In this document: positions 8,747-17,535 of the stretch, piece after piece | Layout: every line of letters starts with the position of its first letter | Position numbering within the stretch: the first letter of the stretch is position 1 | Source: an uncultured virus (IMG/VR IMGVR_UViG_3300045970_000330) | Taxonomy: Duplodnaviria > Heunggongvirae > Uroviricota > Caudoviricetes | Direction: 5' to 3' (one strand) | Virus record (IMG/VR): IMGVR_UViG_3300045970_000330 | DNA: 64,000 nt | Program-made: the position numbers and the translations under genes | Notes under the pieces: model-generated | Seen by the model: only the letters and a program-made list of their open reading frames with translations | The model's database searches: none | What the model was told of the DNA's origin: nothing

Positions 8747-8774
8747 AGTGTATGCAAGTAATCCTTTCTGTCAA
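8747..8774 (-). promoter_or_regulatory. sigma70-type promoter of repA-parA operon
   Basis: TTGACA-N16-TACACT on minus strand, followed by GGAGGT RBS. Confidence 0.7.
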
Positions 8775-8918
8775 CATGAAATTGCTGCTGCGTATATGGG
8801 TGGGTCGGCGCGAGCATCAGTGATGGCAGTTTAGGATAATGATCTACTGCAAAAGCTGGTAAAGATGAAGGCTCGGAAAGTTGATACAAGTGTGTGATGT
8901 CACAAGATTTGACGATGC

Positions 8919-9288
8919 TCACAAATTCACTGAGGACCATGTAACTATTCACTGAGGACACTACGAACATACTGCGGGGACCAGTCACAAATTCACTGAG
9001 GACCATTTGCTACAATACACTGAAGACCATGCAAATAATAGGTTTCCACACTAATCCGCAGAGTTTCCCACATTTCTAGCGGGTATCTATACACCTGGGT
9101 ATTTATATGAATACGCCTGGGACCATCCCAATAATTACTGACATACACAGGGGACCATCTAGCAAGCCCCAGGGCATACACAGAGGACCATCGGGCATAC
9201 AACGAATAATTCCAAATGTTGCAATCAGGGATCATATTGAATCGGCTGCCCCTGCAAGTAATTCCAGGTAATGGTCCTCTGTGTATGC
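8919..9288. repeat. iteron array / plasmid replication origin
   Basis: About 8 direct copies of ATWCACWGRGGACCAT ending near 8940, 8962, 8984, 9006, 9030, 9126, 9158, 9191, plus an inverted copy at 9271-9288; DnaA-box-like TTTCCACA/TTCCCACA near 9043-9071. Confidence 0.85.
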
Positions 9289-9300
9289 AATGAAGTGTCC

Positions 9301-9312
9301 GGTGGTAACAAC
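9301..9312 (+). promoter_or_regulatory. GGTGGTAACAAC motif (putative phage promoter)
   Basis: Motif copy at start of the + strand ruvC unit. Confidence 0.65.
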
Positions 9313-9363
9313 TGAAGTGAACCAACCCCCTTCTGCCCTGCGGACCTAGCTAAGCAGAAACCA

Positions 9364-9975
9364 ATGGCAATCATTCTTGGGATAGACCCTTCAATTAGCG
9401 CTACGGGTCTAATTGTAATAAATACTGAAGACTTCAAGATCCTTTACCAAACGACCATAAAAAATCCGCCTGGGGCGTCGGCTAATTACTGCATGGACCC
9501 TTATGACCAAATTCGCGGAGGCTTACAAATGGTCATCCGTGAATACGGAGTAGAACATGCCTACATTGAAAAAATGTTCATAGGTCCAAATGGAACAACA
9601 GTAGAGCTGTTGTTCTGTGCGGCTTTCACTGCGAGGCAGGCTTGCCACGATCTAAAGGTTCCCTTCCATATCATCCCTGTTAACGGTGTGAATATTGGCT
9701 GGCGCTGGTTTTCTCTAGGCTCGGAATACAGCAAATATAAAGGCGCCCAGGCAAAGATTGCTAACAGAGCCATTCTAGGCAGTGCCCTAGGTGTGAAGCT
9801 ATCTAGCGAGCATGTGGCTGACGCGGCGGGCGTGGCACTAGCTGGGTGGTTTTATCAAACTGGTGTCGATTTCCGCGATGTGCGCGGCGTTTCTAAACCT
9901 GAGTTCACTAAACCTATTGAGGCGAAAGATGCATCCAAATCTAAGAAACGCAAGCCGCGCACTCCCATCTGCTGA
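9364..9975 (+). CDS. ruvC: RuvC-like Holliday junction resolvase
   Basis: ILGIDPS...TG, AYIEKMF, EHVADAAGVAL. Confidence 0.85.
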   Translation: MAIILGIDPSISATGLIVINTEDFKILYQTTIKNPPGASANYCMDPYDQIRGGLQMVIREYGVEHAYIEKMFIGPNGTTVELLFCAAFTARQACHDLKVPFHIIPVNGVNIGWRWFSLGSEYSKYKGAQAKIANRAILGSALGVKLSSEHVADAAGVALAGWFYQTGVDFRDVRGVSKPEFTKPIEAKDASKSKKRKPRTPIC

Positions 9976-10360
9976 GTTTCCTGAGCCAATTTCCGACAAT
10001 GTAGAAGCCTGCCTAACCTTGCAAGTAGCAACACTCACAAGCACGAGCAAGCTTCTACAGGCTTTTGATGCAGTATCCGATGCCCGCGCTGAGGTGGTGG
10101 GTATGCGACTTTATGTTGCGTCTTTGATCCCCCAACTTCAGGCGGAAATCCGTAAGGTCGAAAAGCGACTGACAGCTGAAAATCCAACAGTGAAGCCCAC
10201 CCCGCTCGATAGGTTGTTAAAAACTAACCCCGACTTTTTTAACGCAGAAATGGAGATTGGCAAACTCAACGCGCTCAAAGACTACTGCGATGCTGTTGAG
10301 GGACTGCTGGACTCTAAGGCGTTCAACCTGCGCATGTTGTTGAAGGATCGCAATGCTTGA
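9929..10360 (+). CDS. UvsY-like recombination mediator
   Basis: Helical 143 aa protein; C-terminal LKDYCDAVEGLLDSKAFNLRMLL resembles the T4 UvsY C-terminus. Confidence 0.55.
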   Translation: MHPNLRNASRALPSAEFPEPISDNVEACLTLQVATLTSTSKLLQAFDAVSDARAEVVGMRLYVASLIPQLQAEIRKVEKRLTAENPTVKPTPLDRLLKTNPDFFNAEMEIGKLNALKDYCDAVEGLLDSKAFNLRMLLKDRNA

Positions 10361-10892
10361 GTGCCCGGTTATCCATTACTGTGTTAACTCTGATATGTGG
10401 TGTGAGAACTGCACTGGAGGCTTGCCCGAATCTGAGTGGGAAGCTTCCGAGCTGCCCTTCTACTATAAGAAGGCAGACTCCCGATCCCCTAAACACCCAT
10501 ACCAGCTCTGGAAGCACCGTAGGAGCCTCGCAAAGAAGCGGGACGCTCGTAGAGCTGCCCCTGTGAAAGCTAACCGTCTGAAGGCTCACAGGGCAGCGAA
10601 GAATGAATCCAATACCCGGGACACCATCATCCGAGCTACTCAGCGATCCGGCGCTCTAAATGGGGATGGAGATTCCAGGCTCGGTGACGGAACCTTGGGC
10701 ATCGAAGACAAGCTACAAAGTCGCAGCTTCAAACAGTTCACTGTTACTTTGAATGAAGTTGACAAGGCTCACAAGCAAGGGTGCCTTTTGGTAGTAACTA
10801 CAGCTGAGGGGCGTAAGTTTGTCGTGTCTGACCTGGAGTTCCTTATTTTACATGCAGATGATGTAAATCAAGCCTTCAGAAATTTGGACTGA
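10353..10892 (+). CDS. PD-(D/E)xK nuclease (Hjc-like) with Cys-rich N-terminus
   Basis: SGALNGDGD...IEDK...FTVT pattern; CxxxxxC...CxxC N-terminus. Confidence 0.6.
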   Translation: MLECPVIHYCVNSDMWCENCTGGLPESEWEASELPFYYKKADSRSPKHPYQLWKHRRSLAKKRDARRAAPVKANRLKAHRAAKNESNTRDTIIRATQRSGALNGDGDSRLGDGTLGIEDKLQSRSFKQFTVTLNEVDKAHKQGCLLVVTTAEGRKFVVSDLEFLILHADDVNQAFRNLD

Positions 10893-10948
10893 TACTAAAA
10901 AGGTCATATTTCAAAAACAAATAATACTACATTTACACCTAAATCAAA

Positions 10949-10986
10949 AAATGGAATTGACTTCCATTTGAGCCCGAGTCACTATG
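10949..10986 (+). promoter_or_regulatory. candidate sigma70 promoter with palindromic operator over -35
   Basis: AAATGGAA-TTGAC-TTCCATTT inverted repeat; TTGACT-N17-CACTAT; A-rich upstream. Confidence 0.4.
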
Positions 10987-11006
10987 GATTTAACAACGGA
11001 TCTCCT

Positions 11007-11018
11007 GGTGGTAAAAGC
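11007..11018 (+). promoter_or_regulatory. GGTGGTAAAAGC motif variant
   Basis: Core GGTGGTAA upstream of the separate AGGAG RBS of dUTPase. Confidence 0.45.
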
Positions 11019-11034
11019 TTACTAGGAGAACCAT

Positions 11035-11469
11035 ATGAATATTAATTACAAGCTTCTGAATACCGAATGCAAACTAACCAAGGGCTCCGTCGAGGCGGCA
11101 GGTTGGGATGCTGTAGCAAACCTAGAGAGTGCCGTCTGCATTTCTCCGGGTAGTGTTGTAGCGATTCCTTTGGGTATCGTGCTAGACCTTCCTAACGGTT
11201 GGGAATGCCAAGTGAGATCACGCAGTGGTCTTGCAATTAAGAACCAAGTTGTGGTCCTGAATAGTCCCGGGACTATCGACTCAGATTTTCGGGGGGAGTG
11301 CAAGGCGATTTTAGCCAACCACTCAGCAACACCATTCGTTGTCGAACGGGGCATGCGGGTGGCTCAGTTAGTCTTCAAGGAGGTCCCCGAAGTTGGGTTG
11401 ACCCTTGTGTCAGAAATCAGGACTACGGAGCGCGGCGAAGGCGGCTTCGGGTCCACGGGCATGAATTAG
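11035..11469 (+). CDS. dut: dUTP diphosphatase (trimeric dUTPase)
   Basis: AAGWD, RSRSGLA, GTIDSDFRGE, RVAQL, RGEGGFGSTG. Confidence 0.97.
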   Translation: MNINYKLLNTECKLTKGSVEAAGWDAVANLESAVCISPGSVVAIPLGIVLDLPNGWECQVRSRSGLAIKNQVVVLNSPGTIDSDFRGECKAILANHSATPFVVERGMRVAQLVFKEVPEVGLTLVSEIRTTERGEGGFGSTGMN

Positions 11470-11482
11470 TGCCTGAAGCGTG

Positions 11483-11493
11483 GGTGATAACAC
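11483..11493 (+). promoter_or_regulatory. GGTGATAACAC motif variant
   Basis: Intergenic near-copy ahead of AGGAG RBS of next gene. Confidence 0.4.
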
Positions 11494-11509
11494 CTACCAG
11501 GAGTTTGCC

Positions 11510-12028
11510 ATGCATGTGCCTACCGCTTTTGTGCTGCTACATCCTCTAAAGATTGCATGCGTGGAGGCTAGGCTATATACACAAGGTATTACAGGCATAG
11601 ACAACAATATGATGCGATATTTCATCGCAAAATTGGTTAGCCTTGGACTGCCCCGGAATGAGTTTGCCCTAGCTATGGCAGCCATGTGGTCTGCTATTAC
11701 GGGGGTATCTAGCTGGAAGCTTCGATCTTACTTAGATCGGTTCGAGGACTTAGATGTTTGTATTGAGCAGGGCAAGCTATGGATGTGTGCCAAAATTGCT
11801 AACCAAGAAAGCATGCTAATCATGGCTGATCCTGCCCTGGTAAGGCTGCTTAAAGCAGCCCACTACAACATTGTGTTCTTCTATGCGGACGAAGATTTGA
11901 TGTCCAATGCTGAAGCTCTGGCATGCTTTCCGCCAAATATGGAAGGTATATGCGGTGCCTGGATGCGCTCAGGGTGTGACCCTAGACTAATGGGCACAGT
12001 CCTGGAGGACATTTCTATCCCCGCATGA
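11510..12028 (+). CDS. hypothetical protein
   Basis: 172 aa ORF with AGGAG RBS. Confidence 0.65.
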   Translation: MHVPTAFVLLHPLKIACVEARLYTQGITGIDNNMMRYFIAKLVSLGLPRNEFALAMAAMWSAITGVSSWKLRSYLDRFEDLDVCIEQGKLWMCAKIANQESMLIMADPALVRLLKAAHYNIVFFYADEDLMSNAEALACFPPNMEGICGAWMRSGCDPRLMGTVLEDISIPA

Positions 12029-13184
12029 TGGGCGTAGAGCCCCTCCAGAAACTTCGTATCCACTGAGTTCTACGTAGAGTCCTATTCGGTCCATAAGGCT
12101 GCTGGCGAAAGAAGCCAGGAACCCAGTGGCGACTAGGGCTCTTTCTTTCATGATCAGTAAGCTCATCGTCTTGTGACATTTCACACGGAGGTAAGACTAC
12201 CTTTAAGCGGTTGCCCCAGGCAAGCTTCATCATTACAGCTTTGTGGGGCATAGCTTTTAACCCGGGCGGGTGCAAGGGAACACAGTGACCCTTGAACCAC
12301 TCACAGCTATGCAGCAGCACAAATTTAGCGATGAAGGCTGAGGACACAACTAGGGACGCTCCTTGTGCATCTGAGTGTCGGAAATCCTCTAGGAATCCTT
12401 TGTTTTCTATGTCTTGCCGCGCTAGGAACTCTCGGTAATCATCGGAAGCATCCTCAGGGACCACTAGGCGAGGCATTTCACCCTGAGCTATTGCCATTTC
12501 CGCAACACGCTTCATGGTGGCTTCAAGCCCCCTAGAGAGGTCATCTAGCTTTACGTTGTCGCCAATGACAAATGAACCCCAATTTGAAGCTGTAGAACCA
12601 TTCACGTAATCCTGGCGGCTAGTGCCTACCCAGGCAAACATCTGAATACTCGGATCATCCGAATTGAGAATGTTATGTGATTCTGCTAGGCGGGCTCTCT
12701 GATCTGGATCGTGAATCCGCCACACGATATAGTCACTCACAGGAAGCCAGCACTCCTTACCGTCAGCCTCTGTATGGAACAGCGTCAGCTTGTCTGAGGG
12801 CTCACTGACAACAATGCTGAAGCACTGCGGTAAATGAGCAAAAGACTGGGCGTCTATCCAGGTAAGATTGGTCTGATCCAGGGCGGCACACACCTCGTGA
12901 TCCAGGATATAGATGGGGGACTGGGCATGCTCCCGTATTCGGTAGCTGGTAAGCCCCATCTGAAGGTGTAGGGGGGCGAGCCGCACCGTGGTTTCTACCC
13001 CGTAATAACTAGACATCGTGGTGATTGGCTCGAATAATTTCTCCAGTCTATGCAGGTAGCGCATTAAATCCGCATGCGAACCATCCCACCTCACGCCCGC
13101 AGTCTTGTCCATTAGCTTATCGAATCTGAAGTGATCCGCTAGGTAGATGGAGGACTCGGGGTGAAGTGGGTTGAGTTTTACCAT
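12015..13184 (-). CDS. hypothetical protein with C-terminal basic H-W-x-x-G-F/H-x-R...WI motif
   Basis: RKSPSRHWVPGFFRQQPYGPNRTLRRTQWIRSFWRG tail; ATG at 13184 sits 7 nt after a TATAAT. Confidence 0.7.
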   Translation of the reverse strand: MVKLNPLHPESSIYLADHFRFDKLMDKTAGVRWDGSHADLMRYLHRLEKLFEPITTMSSYYGVETTVRLAPLHLQMGLTSYRIREHAQSPIYILDHEVCAALDQTNLTWIDAQSFAHLPQCFSIVVSEPSDKLTLFHTEADGKECWLPVSDYIVWRIHDPDQRARLAESHNILNSDDPSIQMFAWVGTSRQDYVNGSTASNWGSFVIGDNVKLDDLSRGLEATMKRVAEMAIAQGEMPRLVVPEDASDDYREFLARQDIENKGFLEDFRHSDAQGASLVVSSAFIAKFVLLHSCEWFKGHCVPLHPPGLKAMPHKAVMMKLAWGNRLKVVLPPCEMSQDDELTDHERKSPSRHWVPGFFRQQPYGPNRTLRRTQWIRSFWRGSTPIMRG

Positions 13185-13191
13185 GCCGCCG

Positions 13192-13219
13192 ATTATAGGC
13201 GCATTTATTAGACTTGCAA
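13192..13219 (-). promoter_or_regulatory. sigma70-type promoter, probably leaderless transcript
   Basis: TTGCAA-N16-TATAAT-N7-ATG on minus strand, no SD. Confidence 0.6.
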
Positions 13220-13759
13220 CTCTTTGCAGGCGTCTACAGTTTCTTCCTGAGTAAGTCCCGGGAATATGAGTAGAGTGCAATCCTCTGTAGAGATTCCTAC
13301 CTTTCGGATCTTATCCTTCATCGTGCGCTGTGAGCGTGAATAAGCACGATTGGGCATAGCCTTTAAGATCCGCTGCACGTTGCCCGCAGTAACACAGAAC
13401 ACACCTTTGGTATCGTGCTTAGGTGTGTAATCCGTAACCATCATGATCACTGTATCGTCGCTGTATGACTCAATATTTACGACATCAAGTGTAAGATGCT
13501 CCGCAGCCTGTAGCCCTGAAGGAGTAGGGGATGACGGATAGGCGCTCGTGAGATACTTCGCCTCCAGTGGGAATACTTTGGGCTTCAACCCTCCCGTGGT
13601 GGCGGTAAGATCAATAGCCCGCTTATTCACAGCGTTGTTACATGTCACAGTCCAAAACATGTGCTTTTCTAGGGCTCGGGCAAGCTTGCGCTCGCCCTGG
13701 TTCCCTACAGCAATGGAGTTAGACCACGTATCAAGTGGGTTAGTCCCAAATTCCGACAA
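13208..13759 (-). CDS. PD-(D/E)xK restriction-endonuclease-like protein
   Basis: GNQGERKL...IDL...LEAK motif spacing. Confidence 0.55.
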   Translation of the reverse strand: MSEFGTNPLDTWSNSIAVGNQGERKLARALEKHMFWTVTCNNAVNKRAIDLTATTGGLKPKVFPLEAKYLTSAYPSSPTPSGLQAAEHLTLDVVNIESYSDDTVIMMVTDYTPKHDTKGVFCVTAGNVQRILKAMPNRAYSRSQRTMKDKIRKVGISTEDCTLLIFPGLTQEETVDACKELQV

Positions 13760-14855
13760 CAGCTTCCTCGGTAGGCTTTAGGGGCACAGCCAAGGGCGCC
13801 GATTTGGTATGGCAGTTCACACCGTCACCAAATGTGGCAACACAAGCGCTTCGGTTTTCACAGTCCTGACATGTCTTGGAATCGTAAAACAGTCGGGGAA
13901 TGAGTCCAGGCTTACCTACGATTTCCTGGTAGATAGGCACCATGCCGAGCAAGCACTGGTATTGACCGTATTCACGATTCGTAGGGGCTTCATAGGCTGC
14001 ATCCAGAAAGTGCAGGGCGACCATCAGATTGTCGCGGGGGATACCCCACTTCTGCGTAAGCACATGCTCATACATAGTCAGCTGGAGAGAAGCATCAGCA
14101 GAGTGCTGATGGTCTTCAATGGACTGAGCGCGCCCACTTTTGTAATCGACAAGCACCCATTGACCGCCATGCTCAGGCTTCAACTTGCCCACAAGATCCA
14201 TAAAGCCACGCCAGCGAACTTCCTTACCGTTCGGCGCAACGTCAACGAAATCAAATTCGCCTTCGACGAACAGCCTCTCAAATCGCTCTCGGGGAATCAT
14301 GATGGTGCGCTGATAGCGGTTCATGAGGGTTTTGATACGAGCCACCATTTCGACTACGCCGCCCTCTTTCAGCTTCACCTTGCCCAAGCCTACGCCCGCT
14401 AGCTTGGCAATCTTCTTATCCAACCCGGTTTCCTTCACCAGATTCTTGTAGGCAGTGGTCATACGGGGCGCGGTGTATTTGCTGCCATCAGGCTTTTTGA
14501 ACTCACCTTTCTCAAAGCGAGCAATGATCTTGGCATCTTCCAGGGCAACCGCACAGCAGTCATCAAAAGCTTCCGCTTCTCCATACTTCTCAAAGATGGC
14601 TTTAAGCGCCTTGTCTACACCCTCCATAGGGGTGTCAACTTCAAACTTGTAGTAGGACTCCAGTGCCTCGTGTAGCGTAGTTCCGATAAGGAAATGCACT
14701 GCGGTGAAGTCAGTTTCAGCTTTGGCTACATAGCGCAGATAGCCAAGGGCGGAACACTTTGCCCAAGTCCCAAAGCGGGAGATAGAGAGGGGGATCAGAT
14801 CGGGGCGGTTACAACCATCAGTTGCTGCCGCTGGAATCTGCGTGAGGTCATCCAT
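13740..14855 (-). CDS. Cas4/RecB-like PD-(D/E)xK exonuclease with probable Fe-S cluster
   Basis: SISRF..W.KC, GTTLHEALE, RGFMDLV, VDYKSG, QLTMY, CQDC..RSAC. Confidence 0.85.
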   Translation of the reverse strand: MDDLTQIPAAATDGCNRPDLIPLSISRFGTWAKCSALGYLRYVAKAETDFTAVHFLIGTTLHEALESYYKFEVDTPMEGVDKALKAIFEKYGEAEAFDDCCAVALEDAKIIARFEKGEFKKPDGSKYTAPRMTTAYKNLVKETGLDKKIAKLAGVGLGKVKLKEGGVVEMVARIKTLMNRYQRTIMIPRERFERLFVEGEFDFVDVAPNGKEVRWRGFMDLVGKLKPEHGGQWVLVDYKSGRAQSIEDHQHSADASLQLTMYEHVLTQKWGIPRDNLMVALHFLDAAYEAPTNREYGQYQCLLGMVPIYQEIVGKPGLIPRLFYDSKTCQDCENRSACVATFGDGVNCHTKSAPLAVPLKPTEEAVVGIWD

Positions 14856-15823
14856 TGTTCACTCCAGGTAAGTAGTGCGTTGTTGAGTAGTGGGGCAATC
14901 TCACCTTGTGGCATTGAGTCCAGATCCTTGTAGGCTTCTGGAAGGTGAAAGACTGCCGTTTCAACGAAGGCACCAGCATGGCGGTGAACATCGGGTGGAA
15001 GCTTGGCTCCTGCTTCATCCTTATCGGGGATGATGATTACTGCGTCCCAATTCCCTATGAGGGCGAGGGCTTGTGCTGCACTGAATCGGTTGGTTTGAGT
15101 GGCTACCACCGGGAAGCCTTCATCAGCTGCTTTTATCGTGTCTAAGGTGCCCTCTACAACGAAGACCACCCTCATACCATTTACTACCAACGGGCGATTA
15201 AGTGCTTGTGGAATGCCGAATAGAAATCTGCCCTTCTCGCTGTTTGGGCTCTGCCAAATGTATTTGGGCATATCAGGTTGGAAGGTGCGCTCCATAACCC
15301 CCACAAAGGTGCCGTGCTCCAGCACCACGGGTATCACAGCACGCTCATCTAGTGTTCGGAAGGTAAGCCCGTATTCACGTGTAATACGCTCGCTGTAGCC
15401 CCGGGTGTGCCAGTATTCGTGATAGGGATACAACTCAACTAGGCGCTCCCAGGCGCTGTTATCGTATAGGCAAATAGGTGGAAGTTCTTCAATGCGCAGG
15501 TCCGCAGCATGATGCTCAAAATCCGGCACCTGTAGGTCGGGGCGCTGGAGCAGCTGCGCAATTTTCTTGGTAGCATCTGCTACAGAACAGTGGTTTACCT
15601 TGGCAAACAGCCATTCTAGCGTAGAGCCCGTAACGCACTGCCGGGTATGACAAGTGGTGCGGTAGATGCCCGATTTGTCCAACCATGCCGCGAACCCTAC
15701 GGGGTTGTCAGCACCGGAATGAATGGGACATGTCCCACGAACTGAATTGGAGCGGAGGTTAATCCGCCCCACATTCAGTTCCACAAAAATCAAGCGGACT
15801 TCATCCACGCTGTAGAAATTCAT
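14795..15823 (-). CDS. DNA primase (zinc finger + TOPRIM)
   Basis: CPIH...CHTRQC zinc finger, PKY, VVEGTLD, PDKD. Confidence 0.9.
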   Translation of the reverse strand: MNFYSVDEVRLIFVELNVGRINLRSNSVRGTCPIHSGADNPVGFAAWLDKSGIYRTTCHTRQCVTGSTLEWLFAKVNHCSVADATKKIAQLLQRPDLQVPDFEHHAADLRIEELPPICLYDNSAWERLVELYPYHEYWHTRGYSERITREYGLTFRTLDERAVIPVVLEHGTFVGVMERTFQPDMPKYIWQSPNSEKGRFLFGIPQALNRPLVVNGMRVVFVVEGTLDTIKAADEGFPVVATQTNRFSAAQALALIGNWDAVIIIPDKDEAGAKLPPDVHRHAGAFVETAVFHLPEAYKDLDSMPQGEIAPLLNNALLTWSEQWMTSRRFQRQQLMVVTAPI

Positions 15824-17268
15824 TAGACGGGCTGCTGGTTTGCATCTACAACTGGCATATCCCGATCAATGTCTACTCCATTCGACTCTACGGGCTCCAG
15901 GAAGCAGCGTGCCCCGTCGAAGATCATAACCACAAAGTTCTGCCCATCGAATGTGGCGTGATTTCGGGCTTTAGTGGTGATGAGGCGCCTATGGTCCTTG
16001 GAGTATGCCTTCTGTCCATTACCCTCAACTACGGGGTGCTTGAGCAGAATATAGACATCATCCGCATTGTCCGCGATCATCTTGGACAATCCAATGTTGT
16101 TATGATCAGGATGAACGTCCTTCTCTTTGGCGATGTTGCGCGCCGTGCCCGTTCGGTTAAGCTGACACGTGGGAGCCATGACAACGCCCTCGCTCTCAAA
16201 CTTCTGAGCAAGTGCTTTCAGCTTCTGTGCGAAGAACCCCACCTCAATGAAGCTGTCGTTTCCAGACTGCATCTTGATGCCGTCCACGATGATCAGCTTG
16301 TGTGGATACTGATCCTTGGGATACTGTCGCAGGAACCGCCGGATGATGGGCTCCATGCGCTCAGCAGACATATCCAACAGCTGGCGCCAAAGCAGGGGTG
16401 CGGTCTGCATCACTTTGATGGACTTCTTCATTTCGCTGAAGTCGATGTTCTTAGGATCAAACGCAGACCCGTTGAAAATCTTCTTCATACGCACACCCGA
16501 GATATTAGACAGGGCGCGGTTCTGGAACTCGCGGCGAGACAGTTCGTTGTCGAATACGAGGGTAGGGATACCCTGTTGGACTGTGAAATGTCGCACGAGT
16601 AGATGCACCCACTGTGATTTACCCACATTGGTTTCGCCACTGAGGATAAGCATGGACCCATGCACGAGCTGATCGCCCATGATCCTGCGCAAATGCTCAT
16701 TGAGGACAGGGATGCCGCTGTTGGTGAAATCACCCGACAAATAACGCTGAGACTGAAGGGCGAGCCATTCATCGTCATAGTCCGAAGCATTCATAGCTTC
16801 GTTGGCGAGGGTGGCATCATTACCACTCATGTGCTTGTCTAGGATGTCATAGATGTCACTAGGGGATGCCAGTTGCGCGGTCTTAACCTGCTCCAGCGCC
16901 TCTACAGCGTTAGCGCGGGTTTCTCGAACAGCGAAGCGGCGGGTCAGTTCCTCCAGGTGCATCTTGAAATTCAGCATATCGGGCTTGGCACCCAGGTTCT
17001 CAATGAACTGCCAGCCCCCATGCAGCTGCACCAGCTCAGCGAAGTCATCCCGCTGATCGAAGAAAGCGCGCAGGGTATTGATGTTTACTTCGTTACCGCT
17101 GCCCTGAAGCTCCTTGATCATGGAGTAGGCGATGCGCAAGGAATCCGTTTCATATGCTGCCGGGGGCAGGGATGAGGACTCTAGGCAATCCAGGTTAGAC
17201 AGCATGCACGCAATAACATTGCGTTCGAGGGCGCGACTCAGCATTGTGTGCGCGGTATTATCGGACAT
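15823..17268 (-). CDS. dnaB: replicative DNA helicase, DnaB family
   Basis: ERNVIACML N-domain, SGETNVGKS Walker A, DNELS, IIVDGI, QLNR, KARN. Confidence 0.9.
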   Translation of the reverse strand: MSDNTAHTMLSRALERNVIACMLSNLDCLESSSLPPAAYETDSLRIAYSMIKELQGSGNEVNINTLRAFFDQRDDFAELVQLHGGWQFIENLGAKPDMLNFKMHLEELTRRFAVRETRANAVEALEQVKTAQLASPSDIYDILDKHMSGNDATLANEAMNASDYDDEWLALQSQRYLSGDFTNSGIPVLNEHLRRIMGDQLVHGSMLILSGETNVGKSQWVHLLVRHFTVQQGIPTLVFDNELSRREFQNRALSNISGVRMKKIFNGSAFDPKNIDFSEMKKSIKVMQTAPLLWRQLLDMSAERMEPIIRRFLRQYPKDQYPHKLIIVDGIKMQSGNDSFIEVGFFAQKLKALAQKFESEGVVMAPTCQLNRTGTARNIAKEKDVHPDHNNIGLSKMIADNADDVYILLKHPVVEGNGQKAYSKDHRRLITTKARNHATFDGQNFVVMIFDGARCFLEPVESNGVDIDRDMPVVDANQQPV

Positions 17269-17278
17269 CGGTATTCCT

Positions 17279-17521
17279 TTATGTGCGGGGCATGGTCCCG
17301 AAACTTTTCAGATGGCGATACGTGACCTTCTCAAATGCTTGAAGGGCACGTGAAATGTTTTCTTCTCGAACCCGCAAAGATGCCAATGCAAGCATGCGTG
17401 CGGAATACGGCATGCTAGCCGTTAGCGCAATTCCTATAGCAAGTTCTCCTTGCTCCTGCACTAGATCCGCGTAGAACATGTCATCTACTGACTGGATGTC
17501 GGTTACTGCTTGGCTACTCAT
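17279..17521 (-). CDS. hypothetical protein
   Basis: 80 aa ORF, AAGGAG RBS, motif upstream. Confidence 0.65.
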   Translation of the reverse strand: MSSQAVTDIQSVDDMFYADLVQEQGELAIGIALTASMPYSARMLALASLRVREENISRALQAFEKVTYRHLKSFGTMPRT

Positions 17522-17535
17522 GGTTAGCTCCTTCT

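Noticed and set aside
8776..8897. Protein-like + strand remnant (HEIAAAYMGG...*DNDLLQKLVKMKARK)
   Set aside because: Short, interrupted, no start or RBS; cannot be distinguished from chance
8893..8904. CRP site (TGTGA...TCACA)
   Set aside because: Half-sites are 2 bp apart rather than the 6 bp CRP requires
8919..9191. Repeats as a CRISPR array, given the Cas4-like gene at 13740..14855
   Set aside because: Units are degenerate 16-22-mers with only about 0-17 bp between them, lie next to repA, and there are no cas1/cas2 or effector genes; solo Cas4-like nucleases are common in phages
8725..9437. ORFs 8725..9006, 8993..9325 and 9225..9437
   Set aside because: They are translations of the iteron repeats or antisense to ruvC, with no RBS
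10975..11015. dif-like XerCD site (TTGTTAAAT on minus strand)
   Set aside because: Only a partial XerD-like arm, with no matching XerC arm at 6-bp spacing
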